This document shows positions 27,455 to 37,161 of a stretch of DNA of 64,000 nt, in pieces. The position numbers and the translations under genes were made by a program. Source of the stretch: Candidatus Berkelbacteria bacterium (GTDB taxonomy: Bacteria > Patescibacteriota > UBA1384 > JACPKC01). Positions within the stretch are counted from its first letter, which is position 1, and each line of letters opens with the position of its first letter. Location: the NCBI GenBank assembly GCA_016187225.1, contig JACPKC010000010.1, positions 67,541 to 131,540 of the forward strand. Reading direction: 5' to 3'. The notes beneath the pieces are model-generated. The model ran no database searches. It was not told the origin of the DNA and worked only from the letters and a program-made list of their open reading frames with translations.

Positions 27455-27961
27455 ATGGAAAAGAAGGATAAACAAAAAGACTTTCAACGTCTTTTCGATG
27501 AAATCGAGTTGCAAATTTTGTATGCCGAAACTCCAATTCAACTTTCTTCAGCGCTTGCAAAGATTACAAAAAACAATCGCTTAATCCAGCGAAATTTACA
27601 TCGTCTATATGATATCGCAAGCCCGGCACGGATTCTAGGGTTAGTCTTACGCGGTTACGAAATTCCTGATGCTCTAACGCGTCTAGAATCAAATCGTTCT
27701 TTGCTCGATCTAAATAGAACCCTAGAGACTCTGTCGAGAACAGCGCTTAAGGAGCAAATTTGGCTCATGCTGGCGCAACAACGTGAAGTTCTGCTTGCTC
27801 AAATAGAACAAGATTTAGAGACACTTGTGCTTAGGTCGTCTGATCAGCGAGCGATTGCAAGTAGAAAACAAATTTTACTTGCAACCTACGAGCTAATCCA
27901 GGAAAATACAAAAATTGCAGTTGAAAAGGTTTTTGGGCGCGCTTTGTCGGTGGAGGGGTGA
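27455..27961 (+). CDS. Hypothetical all-alpha protein (about 168 aa)
   Basis: ATG with RBS GGAGGG; predicted helical, no recognisable motif; preceded by a consensus sigma-70-like promoter. Confidence 0.45.
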   Translation: MEKKDKQKDFQRLFDEIELQILYAETPIQLSSALAKITKNNRLIQRNLHRLYDIASPARILGLVLRGYEIPDALTRLESNRSLLDLNRTLETLSRTALKEQIWLMLAQQREVLLAQIEQDLETLVLRSSDQRAIASRKQILLATYELIQENTKIAVEKVFGRALSVEG

Positions 27962-28370
27962 TGATAACCGTTATTGAGGAATTTGAAGAACTGATTGACC
28001 ATGGTCACGAGCATTTTGCGTGGATAGAACGCTTTATTGCGATCTATCTTTTTCATTTTGTGATCAATGTTCTAGCCTAAGGGGCTATCCCGAACAAGAC
28101 AGTTTTTCTTCGTTTCAGGTAACCGGCTGAAAACTATTATTCTTCGACTCTCCGTTTTACGGCATTTTTTGAATGTCTCAAACAAGAGCCAGAAGTATAA
28201 ACCCGTCAGTGCGGGCAGATTTTGTTATCGCGAGTGAACCGTAGCGATCCTGGTAGATTGTCGCGGTTGCAACCTCGTAATTTTCAGGATTGCTTCGTCG
28301 TCCTTGGCTCCTCGCAATGACGACAATGAGAAAGCCCTGATAAATAGGGAAACAGGGGATTGAAGGTGGC

Positions 28371-28389
28371 GTGGATAACTGTGGATAAC
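28371..28389 (+). promoter_or_regulatory. Two tandem DnaA-box-like 9-mers (cGTGGATAA, TGTGGATAA), centres 10 bp apart
   Basis: The second is a perfect reverse-complement match to TTATCCACA and the first is 8/9; both lie in a 930-bp ORF-free region with an AT-rich tract nearby. Confidence 0.35.
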
Positions 28390-28893
28390 TTTCACAATGG
28401 GGGAGTGAAAAGGGGATGCCGCGCCTAAACTGTTTAGGCGATTATATGGTGCATGAAAAAGTTTATAAGAGGGGAGTAAAGATTATTTAATGCTAGGGAA
28501 GTGCAAATTTTTTTTATTGTGTGTAATTTTTTATCCTACAAACTCTCCCCCGCTTTCAGCTTGTCGTCGTAAGTCATCCAATTTTTGATAGGCGCATGTT
28601 GCGTACGCTAAAAAACTCATTGATATTTTAGAAATAAAATACTACTCCCCTGCTCCAAATTTTTGCATCATTTGAGATCGTTAGGAAATTTATTTTCTGC
28701 ACCTCGAAAAGAGCGCCAGCGACGCTTTTGCAGAGAAGTCCTCGACTATATAAATAATTCTCGATGCGCTTCGCTTACTCGAACAAGAATACTTTTTAAC
28801 CATCAAAAACTTTCGACACGCCCGGACAAGAACCCAAGGCCAGTCTTGAGCAAAACATTTCTTGCTAATGGGCGGGAGACTTAAGACAGAGAG

Positions 28894-30546
28894 TTACTCG
28901 TTCCCGTGGAAGGGTCGGCGGATAATAAAGTATGAGACAATACCCGAAAGGATCGATGCTATCAGAAGAACAATGATTAGATTCGCTCCAGAACTTGCGA
29001 GTTTGACGGGTGCGCCTTTGCCGTCGGTTTTGGTTTGGACGACAACCGGTTCTTTTGCTGTTACTGCTTGTGTGCCAAGTATCTTCTCGCCTTGACGAAC
29101 TGTAATCGTATAATTACCGGCCGTCGTGTAGGTATGTTTCAAAGTTGTTGGGCAAGTGACGTTGCTTTGCACAATGCCGTCTCCAAAATCAACAGTTAAG
29201 TTGGTAATCGTATCGCCGGTGCAAGTAAAGGCAACTTCAAACGGCACTGTGCCTGTGGTTGGGGTCACTGCAAAGGTTCCTGTTGGGGGAGTGACGACAG
29301 TTTGAATTTGGGTTTGTGAAATTGTAAAAGAGGCGCTCTTGCTTTGAGTTTTATTTTCGGCCAAATAACTAACAGTCACAATATAGTTGCCTGAAGCGGC
29401 CGTCAGGCCGTCGGATTTTTTCTGATCCCAGGTCCAGGTCTTCGACTGGCCAATACTTAAATCGATGAGCGCTTGAGTCGAGATCGGCTCAAAGATCGCC
29501 GTGGAACCTTGCAGAATCTTAAAGGGCGCCCCATTCGGCAATTGAACCTTTGCTTCGCCAGTGTTTTTAAGCGTAAATTCCACCAGTTCAGCCGGTTTGT
29601 AGATGCTTTTCGAGGTTGTCAAGCTAACCGAAATTACTTTAGGCTTCTCAATGGGTTTGGGTTCTTCTTTGGGCTGTGTAGTCGTGACGGTTTTTGTATC
29701 GACAGTCTTACCATTGACGATCAGAGTGACTGTAAAAGTTCCCACCGAAGTATAAGTATGGGTTTCAGCGGCATTTGCATCGTCTAGGGTTGTGCCATCG
29801 CCAAAGTTCCATTTAATCTTGGGCGAGGCGCTACCGCCTTGCGGCGGTGTATAGGTGGCTGTTACCTTTAAGGGAATATTTCCCGTTGTTGGCTCGACCA
29901 CCATTGTGCCCAAATCATTTGGATCATGCAGAGCACTAAACGCAAAATCATCAATTCCAAAACCGTCAGTAGTGCCAGGAGCATTTTTCTTTAAGCGAAT
30001 CTCGGCAATGCCACTATCCGCAGTGGTGGCAGCAAGAGTGACTGGTGAGTTTACGCACTGACCACCCCCAGGAGCATTAACGGTCTTTGTAGCGATGCTC
30101 TTACCGTCAATATCAAATGCTTCAATACTTACTTCGGCATTGCCAGCATTCCCAATAGAAAAATTCATAGAATCACTGACACGCCCCTGGGTAAACTTTA
30201 TCACTAGAGGAGCGTATGAGCTTGGTTTTGCGATTAGAATATTTGGCTCCGACGGCACTTTGTAGCTTGGGCAAGCCGCACTTGCCCCAGACGCCGCAAA
30301 AAGCGTTGCACCGCTACCGCCGCCGTCCGGACTCAAAATCTCTACACCTTTGTCGGCATAGGCATCGCCAGCAATATCGCCTGAAGATTTATCATCCCAG
30401 TTGAGAGTGGTTTTTTCTGTCGCAATGTCGGCTTGTGAGAGCTGAAAAGTTTGAATGCTCCAATAGCCTAAACTCGCACTAAAAATTAGCGCGCTCACAA
30501 CCAGCGCTTGCCGCACTCTCAAGTATAACGGTGGTATTTTAGCCAC
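28894..30546 (-). CDS. Cell-surface protein with signal peptide, tandem PKD/Ig-like domains and a C-terminal TM anchor
   Basis: PKD signatures (WNFGDGTTLDD...HTYTSVGTFTVTL; VDFGDGIVQSN...HTYTTAGNYTITV); N-terminal signal/TM; C-terminal hydrophobic helix plus RRPF tail. Confidence 0.7.
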   Translation of the reverse strand: MAKIPPLYLRVRQALVVSALIFSASLGYWSIQTFQLSQADIATEKTTLNWDDKSSGDIAGDAYADKGVEILSPDGGGSGATLFAASGASAACPSYKVPSEPNILIAKPSSYAPLVIKFTQGRVSDSMNFSIGNAGNAEVSIEAFDIDGKSIATKTVNAPGGGQCVNSPVTLAATTADSGIAEIRLKKNAPGTTDGFGIDDFAFSALHDPNDLGTMVVEPTTGNIPLKVTATYTPPQGGSASPKIKWNFGDGTTLDDANAAETHTYTSVGTFTVTLIVNGKTVDTKTVTTTQPKEEPKPIEKPKVISVSLTTSKSIYKPAELVEFTLKNTGEAKVQLPNGAPFKILQGSTAIFEPISTQALIDLSIGQSKTWTWDQKKSDGLTAASGNYIVTVSYLAENKTQSKSASFTISQTQIQTVVTPPTGTFAVTPTTGTVPFEVAFTCTGDTITNLTVDFGDGIVQSNVTCPTTLKHTYTTAGNYTITVRQGEKILGTQAVTAKEPVVVQTKTDGKGAPVKLASSGANLIIVLLIASILSGIVSYFIIRRPFHGNE

Positions 30547-30721
30547 AATCCCTCCTTTTGCTAGTATTTTAATACTAAATGGTAAATACTAAATGGTAAA
30601 TAGCGAACGGACCGAGTATTTTGATTGCTTTGCAAGTAAGCGGTGGAAAACATCGCTCACATATTTTTTCGGTCTGCTACAATATATATAATTGTTAGGC
30701 TAAATGAATCTATGGAGGGGT

Positions 30722-31105
30722 ATGTCGTTTTTAGATAAACGTTCGTCAAGGCGAACCATTATTTTTTTGATCTTACTCATCCTGATTGCTGGAGCGATTC
30801 GTTATTTTACAATTAAGCCTCAAACTATTATCACGCCAACCACCGCAACCATTAATGAGCAACTGGCAGAAAAAACTGGCATAATCCGTTCATTTGATGG
30901 CGCGACCGTAAAAGTTACCGATCAGGAAGGCAATGAGCAAGCTTTTACTTTAACAGATGACGTTAGAATTCGCGTCACGAATGACGAGGGTATTTTTGTG
31001 GAAGGTAAAAAAGATGATTTTAAGGCCGGTCGCGCCATTTCCTATTATCTTTTAATCGGCATCTCGAGTCCGATGAGTAGTTCAGTTGATATCGTGAAGG
31101 AGTAG
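30722..31105 (+). CDS. Small membrane-anchored hypothetical protein
   Basis: RBS GGAGGGG; N-terminal TM (IIFLILLILIAGAI) and a soluble roughly 90-aa domain. Confidence 0.4.
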   Translation: MSFLDKRSSRRTIIFLILLILIAGAIRYFTIKPQTIITPTTATINEQLAEKTGIIRSFDGATVKVTDQEGNEQAFTLTDDVRIRVTNDEGIFVEGKKDDFKAGRAISYYLLIGISSPMSSSVDIVKE

Positions 31106-31107
31106 CC

Positions 31108-33114
31108 ATGACGCATGCTCGATTTTTAGCCCTTTTTGCTTTTGTTTGGGGATTGTTATTCTTAGGGTCGGCGCAAGCCCAGGTTTATGACCACCCGGGT
31201 TTGGGTCTTAAGGTGCCAGAAACTTCATGTTATACCTACCGAACTGGTGTTAGATTTGCCATAACTAATAGTTCTTCTATACCAATAATTGAGTCGAATA
31301 ATGATTCACAGTACGACTCATTCTATGCTTCATTAACAACGCCTGGCACAGGCGCACCAGCGAATAATTCAGTTTGTAACTTTGCAGTGCCGGCTGATAC
31401 CGCCGAAGTGAAATTACTTGCCATTCAACGGCCAGGAAGTCAACAAGCAATGCAACAATGGGCAAATTGTCCTAATTTACCTCAGTGGATGCAAAACATA
31501 TTTTGCCCCGGTGGCGCTAATCCAATGACTACGCCAGCTTCTATTAATTTCACGGGCGAATATCACAACTACGAGACCGGCAATCCTATCAATCCAAACG
31601 ATTTCACTCTTTATAAGCAAACTCAATATGCGCTGAATCCGGTTGTGCTCACAAGTAATAGCAATGGTATTGTCGACTTTTCAAACATTACTCCGGTGGA
31701 TGATCAGGTCTTGCCACCTCCGAATCTACCCACAGGCCGACCGTGGCAGTATCGAAATCAAAGAATCGGTATGAACAATGGGAGCAATGGGAATATTCAA
31801 ATCGCAACGGCTGGGTCGGTTTTCTACGTTAACATTCGCAAAGGTGCGATTCAGAGTCTACCGGGAAACTTTAATTTAAATTCTCCGACAACCTCATGTT
31901 CAGGCAACTCGCCTCGAGTAACATTAAATTGGGGATCATCGCAAAGCGCAACTTCGTACGCAGTTTACCGTAATAATGTGGCGCTTAGTTTGAATGTCAC
32001 AAGCCCTTGGACCGACAACTCCGTTGCGTCTGGCTCGCATACCTATAAAATTCGTGCTCAAAATTCAGTTGGCTATACCGAGAGCAACTCTCAATTAGTC
32101 AATGTGCCAACCTGCCAGCCTCAACCAGTATTATCCAGTGTTGCGATTAATCCACCTTTTGCCACAGTAATTACAAATAATATTGTGCAGTTTAGCGCCA
32201 ATTGCCGCGATCAGAATGGCGCCAACTTTAATGGCGCATCCGTGCTTTGGGGCGCGCAAAGAGGATCAATCAATCAATCAGGCCTTTATACTGCTCCGGC
32301 GACTGCGGGTTCCGATACCGTGACTGCCCAGTGCGCGGCTGTGGGCCAGAATCCAGTTACTGGCGCCGCGCCTGTGACAGTTAAAGGGGGGCAAATAACT
32401 GGGGATATCTTTGCCGAGGGCGATGTCAGCAATCTTAATATCGATCCGGATTCAGTTGTCTCATCGAATGGAAGCGTCACTGTGACTGGCACGAATAACA
32501 CAATTCAGCAATACGACAGCAATGCTTCTCAACAAGCAGATACTGTTATTCAAAAACTCATCAATGAGAAGGCCAATGTCCTTGGCGCTGGTAGTTCGGC
32601 AAGTTGCACTAATAGCAATAGCGGTAATTACACGCTCAATAGTGTCTTCAATCTAAATCCCAAACAAGCGGGCAATCCCAGTGACTCTGAAGAAAATGCC
32701 GCTAACCCAGAGGGCGGAGTTTGGTTTGTGCGTCACAATTTAATCATGCGCGGCGCTACCTTTAAGGGTAAAGGCACAATCATTGTCTGCGGAGATGTGA
32801 ATTTAATTTCACCTTCGAATGAGAAAACTATTGCTTACCAAGACGGTGGCACCGGCGATGATCTGGTTGGATTGATTAGCCTGAACGGCAATATCGATTT
32901 AAGAAATTATGATAATCTAGTCGGCGCTTATTACGCGCCAAATGGCACGATTGATGTTGGGCAGGGTAGTTCCTCGCTTGGGCTTTATATTGGGGAAAAT
33001 ATTACCCTTCAAGCCGCTGATGTGACTGTTGATTACGATGGTCGCATTACTAACGGTCCACCCCCAGGCTTCAGCAAATCCTTCGTACCCTCGCTTTCTG
33101 AGGTCGCGCCGTAA
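31108..33114 (+). CDS. Secreted 668-aa protein with Big_2-like Ig domain and an unassigned C-terminal beta-rich domain, possibly pilus-associated
   Basis: Signal peptide (FLALFAFVWGLLFLGSAQA); Big_2-like segment (VLSSVAINPP...QFSANCRDQNG); C-terminal module LVGAYYAPNGTIDVGQGSS...LQAADVTVDYDG; immediately upstream of pilN/O-like genes. Confidence 0.55.
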   Translation: MTHARFLALFAFVWGLLFLGSAQAQVYDHPGLGLKVPETSCYTYRTGVRFAITNSSSIPIIESNNDSQYDSFYASLTTPGTGAPANNSVCNFAVPADTAEVKLLAIQRPGSQQAMQQWANCPNLPQWMQNIFCPGGANPMTTPASINFTGEYHNYETGNPINPNDFTLYKQTQYALNPVVLTSNSNGIVDFSNITPVDDQVLPPPNLPTGRPWQYRNQRIGMNNGSNGNIQIATAGSVFYVNIRKGAIQSLPGNFNLNSPTTSCSGNSPRVTLNWGSSQSATSYAVYRNNVALSLNVTSPWTDNSVASGSHTYKIRAQNSVGYTESNSQLVNVPTCQPQPVLSSVAINPPFATVITNNIVQFSANCRDQNGANFNGASVLWGAQRGSINQSGLYTAPATAGSDTVTAQCAAVGQNPVTGAAPVTVKGGQITGDIFAEGDVSNLNIDPDSVVSSNGSVTVTGTNNTIQQYDSNASQQADTVIQKLINEKANVLGAGSSASCTNSNSGNYTLNSVFNLNPKQAGNPSDSEENAANPEGGVWFVRHNLIMRGATFKGKGTIIVCGDVNLISPSNEKTIAYQDGGTGDDLVGLISLNGNIDLRNYDNLVGAYYAPNGTIDVGQGSSSLGLYIGENITLQAADVTVDYDGRITNGPPPGFSKSFVPSLSEVAP

Positions 33115-33146
33115 TCCAATGTGCTATACTTTAAGCATACTTTCTA

Positions 33147-33809
33147 TTGAGGAGGGGCGTGTTAAGTTTCCAAAATGATGGCATTCAACCGGCTAAGACG
33201 CCGGCAAATGGAGCGGCAGGCCCAGCGCCTGTTCAACCAGCCAAATCTGCTCTTGACCCAAGTGTGGTAGCAATCAACCCGGAATCAAACGATTCGCTAA
33301 TCGCAATTTTTGCGGGTTTAAGTGTTGCTCTTAGTCTCCTCGGCGGTGTTGCGGCCTCATTTTTGCGGGCCCAAGCGAAAGGAGAAGCTGAAGCCTCAAG
33401 TCAAAAAGTGACGAGCCTTCAGCAGGAATTCGCCTCGGGCGATCTTAAAACTATGCTCGATAAGGCTGGTTTAGTTGAAAAACAGCTCGAGGTCACAAAA
33501 GAATTCTCTGCCGCCCTGCCTTGGCCAAAGCTCTTAAAAGCTCTAGCCGACAAAGTCCCTGGATCGGTTAAATTTACGGCCAATTCTTTTGAAACTGACA
33601 AGTCATTAAGAATTGACGGCTCGGCAAATAATTACGCCGAGGTAGCGCGACTCATGACCGCCATCGAGTCGACGGATGAGTTTTCGGAGATTGCGCTGAC
33701 GAGCGCAACTCTTTCTGAATCTGTCGACGGTAATTCGATTACTTTTTCAATCACGGCCAAATATGCGGCGCCAGTCGCTGGAGGGGATGATGGCGGAAAT
33801 ACAAACTGA
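33147..33809 (+). CDS. PilN-like type IV pilus assembly protein (bitopic)
   Basis: About 50-aa cytoplasmic N-terminus, one TM, periplasmic domain with PilN-like topology; sits upstream of a pilO-like gene and pilB. Confidence 0.45.
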   Translation: MRRGVLSFQNDGIQPAKTPANGAAGPAPVQPAKSALDPSVVAINPESNDSLIAIFAGLSVALSLLGGVAASFLRAQAKGEAEASSQKVTSLQQEFASGDLKTMLDKAGLVEKQLEVTKEFSAALPWPKLLKALADKVPGSVKFTANSFETDKSLRIDGSANNYAEVARLMTAIESTDEFSEIALTSATLSESVDGNSITFSITAKYAAPVAGGDDGGNTN

Positions 33810-34389
33810 ATCAACTAAACATAACACTTTGTTGTGGCTAATTTTAGGCGTGATTGGTTCAGCCGCGGCATTCTATTTATATACCTTGCCTCAAATTCGC
33901 GAGCTCAAGCTTTTGCGCACGCAGTCGGCGACGCTTGAGGCTGATCTTTCAAGCTTAAACGAAAAGAAAACCACTGTTGTTAAATTAAACGACGATCTTA
34001 AAAGGAGCACTGCGCTGACTGACAAACTTGCTCTGGCTGTGCCAGAGGATGAGGCTATCGATGAGCTCATTACTTCACTTGAAAAGATTGTTGAAAAAGC
34101 GGGCATTACTTTGTTGTCGGTTCAGCCGGCAAGCAATGTTGAAACAGGCAAGACAACCGCTATGCTTTCAACCCGAGGCTCATATTCCGGCACAACACTA
34201 TTTCTTGAATTTTTAGAAAAGAACCTTCGTCCGATTGGCGTCAATGATCTTGCACTCACAGCGACGTCGGATATTCAAGGCGCGTCGCTGATTAGCGCCT
34301 CATTCGAGATTACTCCTGCCCAGATTGCCAAGGCCGCACCGGCGGCAGAGACGTCCGCTCAAGACACAGAGACAAAAGGAGCCCAATGA
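33787..34389 (+). CDS. PilO-like type IV pilus assembly protein
   Basis: Short N-terminus, TM (LLWLILGVIGSAAAFYLY), coiled coil (LKLLRTQSATLEADLSSLNEKK), C-terminal alpha/beta domain; start chosen after the upstream stop overlap. Confidence 0.45.
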   Translation: MMAEIQTESTKHNTLLWLILGVIGSAAAFYLYTLPQIRELKLLRTQSATLEADLSSLNEKKTTVVKLNDDLKRSTALTDKLALAVPEDEAIDELITSLEKIVEKAGITLLSVQPASNVETGKTTAMLSTRGSYSGTTLFLEFLEKNLRPIGVNDLALTATSDIQGASLISASFEITPAQIAKAAPAAETSAQDTETKGAQ

Positions 34390-34637
34390 ATCGGCCCATA
34401 GTAATTGGCATCGGTTTAGGAGTGAATCTCATTCTTGCGGGTGTGACACTTTGGCTGATTATGCGCGCCGTGCCCATGACGTCGGATATTGAAAGCGCCC
34501 GGACAAAAGTTGAACCTGCGCCAAAATTTACGATCAAAGATATCGAGGCGCTTAAATTGGATGAAAAAACCCTGAATGGTGACTTGCCGATCTCGATTGA
34601 TGGAGTTGGGCGTGTCGATCCATACGCGGGGATTTAG
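34386..34637 (+). CDS. Small membrane protein (83 aa) within the pilus operon
   Basis: ATGA overlap with the upstream gene; one TM; could be a PilP-like accessory protein. Confidence 0.3.
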   Translation: MNRPIVIGIGLGVNLILAGVTLWLIMRAVPMTSDIESARTKVEPAPKFTIKDIEALKLDEKTLNGDLPISIDGVGRVDPYAGI

Positions 34638-34642
34638 CAATT

Positions 34643-37153
34643 ATGGTGAACCCTCAAGCCCAAAATAATTTGGAGATTCTCAAAAAAACGGCCGCTGAAC
34701 TCGGCCTTGAGCTTGTCGCACTCACCCAGGACACTCCTGAACAATCCGCCCTGGCTCTGGTGCCCGAAGCATTGGCGCGTCAATATCAGTTACTGCCTTT
34801 AACTCTTAAAGAGAAATCACTCACTCTCGTCTTAACTGATCCAGCGCTCTTGACAAAACCAGCGCCCAAATTTCTGCAGGAACTCAAGCAAAACGGGTAT
34901 CATCTGCGTTTGCAACTCACATCCAGCGAGGATTTTCAAACTGCTTTGGGAGCTTATCGACCACAAGTCAATGGCCAGAGGCCACTATCCAGAGTGAATA
35001 ACGCTCAAAGTCAGAACATGCAAGCGAAAACAACTGTGCAGGCAGGTCCTCAACCAGTAACTAGTATACCCCCAGTCGCTTCACCCGCACTTTCGGTGCC
35101 AGCCTCGGTGCATTCGGCGCAAGTCGAGTTAGTTATATTGAAAAGCAGAGAAGTGCCTTTGAACGTTTTAAACAAATTCCCCCAGGACGTGGCGAAAAAG
35201 TATCAGATGGTTGTGTTTGAACTTTCAGCCGACGGTCAGGAGGCATCCGTTGCCGCCCTTAAACCTAACGACCGTCGAATTCGAGAAATTCTCAAGTTTA
35301 TTGAGGCGCGAAACAAGGTTCGAATTCATTTATTCTCGGCGAGTAAAGAGGATATTGAAGGAGTATTGAAGCAATATGACACAGAGCACAGAGAAGACAA
35401 AAAACCAGCCCAAGCTCCAACGCCAATTTCTTCGATCTCTACTCCGCCTGCGCAGAAGTCAGCCATGGTTTCGGCGCCACTAAAGCCGAGTTTTGCGCCG
35501 ACAATTCTCACTCCTTCAGTGAAACCTAATTCTGTGTCGCGCATTCCACCCAAACCCGTTTCAGCGCCGCTCCCAGTTGTCCCCAAAAGACCTATCTTGT
35601 CGCCTTTGCCGACGCCGCTGGCGGCGCGGCCAGTTACGCCCATTGGGCCCAAAATCGGCGGCCTTACACCAGCTCAACCAATTGCGCCCGAGACGCCAAA
35701 TAGTTTGGGCACGACCGATCTTAAATCATACCAAGAAGCAATCATTCGTAATTCTGCCACTCTTCGAGATCCAAGTACGCCGGTTCCAACGGTCGAAGTT
35801 GGTGATTTACAACTCCCAACCAATCAACTTGGCGTGGGCGAGTTGCCGGAAGGACAAGCGCCGATTATGATAACCAATATCGGCGCAGAAGATAAAAATC
35901 TCGACATAGTTCTCGGCACGACCGTTGAAACTTCTGAACAACTTGAGCAAATTCTTAAATCTGGCATGGTGCCAAAAATTGTCGCCGCGATCGTGTTTTA
36001 CGCCACTGCCGTGGCCGCATCCGATATTCACATGGAGGCTGGTGAGAAAGAGGTTCGGATTCGCTTTCGTGTTGATGGCACTTTACAGGAAATTATCAAA
36101 TTGCCGGTTCAACTTTTGGCGCCGATTGTGTCGCGCATCAAAATTTTAGCCAAACTCAAAATCGATGAATCGCGCATCCCGCAAGATGGCCGTTTCGGGG
36201 TGATTGTGCAAAAGCGGGAAATTGATCTGCGAGTTTCAACCCTGCCAACAGTTTTCGGCGAAAAAGTGGTTATGCGGATTCTCGATAAAGAAAAAAGTTT
36301 GAAAAAACTCACTGAATTGGGTATTCAGGGTACTAATCTCGCTCGAATCCAGTCAGCAATCAAAGACCCCTTTGGTATCATTTTAGTGACTGGTCCGACC
36401 GGTTCAGGCAAGACCACAACACTTTACGCGATGTTAACTGAACTCAATACCGCAAGTGTCAACATTGTTACTCTCGAAGACCCGGTCGAGTATCAGCTTG
36501 ATGGCATCAATCAGACCCAGGTCAAGCCAAAAATCGGCTTTGGTTTTGCCGATGGTTTACGTTCAATTCTGCGGCAAGACCCGAACATTATTATGGTTGG
36601 CGAGATTCGCGATGGAGAGACTGCCGGCCTGGCAACTCAAGCCGCGTTGACCGGTCACCTGGTGCTTTCAACTTTGCATACCAACGACTCATCTGGAGCG
36701 CTTCCCCGGATGATCGATATGCACGTTGAACCATTCCTCCTAGCTTCTTCGGTGAATATCGTGATTGCCCAGCGTTTGATTCGTCGCTTGTGCTCAAAGT
36801 GTCGCCAGCCAGCCTCAATTCCGGCCGAAACTCTCACTCGCATTCAGCAGGAGCTCGCCTCGGCATTCGCTCCTGAACTTAAATCAGCGGCGAGTAAGCA
36901 ACTTTCTTTCTTCGGCCCAAATCAAAAGGGCTGCAATGTCTGTCATAATGGTTATAAGGGTCGGGTCGGGATTTACGAAGTTCTAATTACCAGTCCGGCT
37001 ATCGCCGATCTCGTTCTTGCTAAATCCGCCTCGTCCAAAATTGCGGCTAAAGCTCACGAAGAGGGGATGATCACACTTAGAGAAGACGGCATCCTTAAAG
37101 CCATGCAAGGTGAAACATCGCTTGACGAAGTCATTCAAGCCACCAGCGAATAG
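34643..37153 (+). CDS. pilB: Type IV pilus assembly ATPase PilB (GspE family) with duplicated N-terminal domains and a Pro-rich linker
   Basis: Walker A VTGPTGSGKTTTLYAML; Asp/His boxes; tetracysteine CSKC...CNVCHNGYKGR; two T2SE_N-like segments. Confidence 0.85.
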   Translation: MVNPQAQNNLEILKKTAAELGLELVALTQDTPEQSALALVPEALARQYQLLPLTLKEKSLTLVLTDPALLTKPAPKFLQELKQNGYHLRLQLTSSEDFQTALGAYRPQVNGQRPLSRVNNAQSQNMQAKTTVQAGPQPVTSIPPVASPALSVPASVHSAQVELVILKSREVPLNVLNKFPQDVAKKYQMVVFELSADGQEASVAALKPNDRRIREILKFIEARNKVRIHLFSASKEDIEGVLKQYDTEHREDKKPAQAPTPISSISTPPAQKSAMVSAPLKPSFAPTILTPSVKPNSVSRIPPKPVSAPLPVVPKRPILSPLPTPLAARPVTPIGPKIGGLTPAQPIAPETPNSLGTTDLKSYQEAIIRNSATLRDPSTPVPTVEVGDLQLPTNQLGVGELPEGQAPIMITNIGAEDKNLDIVLGTTVETSEQLEQILKSGMVPKIVAAIVFYATAVAASDIHMEAGEKEVRIRFRVDGTLQEIIKLPVQLLAPIVSRIKILAKLKIDESRIPQDGRFGVIVQKREIDLRVSTLPTVFGEKVVMRILDKEKSLKKLTELGIQGTNLARIQSAIKDPFGIILVTGPTGSGKTTTLYAMLTELNTASVNIVTLEDPVEYQLDGINQTQVKPKIGFGFADGLRSILRQDPNIIMVGEIRDGETAGLATQAALTGHLVLSTLHTNDSSGALPRMIDMHVEPFLLASSVNIVIAQRLIRRLCSKCRQPASIPAETLTRIQQELASAFAPELKSAASKQLSFFGPNQKGCNVCHNGYKGRVGIYEVLITSPAIADLVLAKSASSKIAAKAHEEGMITLREDGILKAMQGETSLDEVIQATSE

Positions 37154-37161
37154 GAGTTCCG

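Noticed and set aside
28081-28660. Possible tmRNA, RNase P RNA or SRP RNA in the non-coding gap (the region starts with GGGGCT, like tmRNA 5' ends)
   Set aside because: I could not find a T-loop/acceptor 3' end (TTCGAATCC...CCA) or a tag-peptide ORF for tmRNA. I also found no P4/CR-I GGAAAGUCCGG-like box for RNase P and no AGGTCCGGAAGGAAGCAGC-like domain IV for SRP. Therefore no specific RNA family is claimed.
28663-28884. 73-aa ORF at the right end of the long non-coding gap
   Set aside because: It is Arg-rich and low-complexity with no RBS. It overlaps the 3' end region of the minus-strand PKD-protein gene, so a protein-coding role is unlikely. The segment is kept in the non-coding finding instead.
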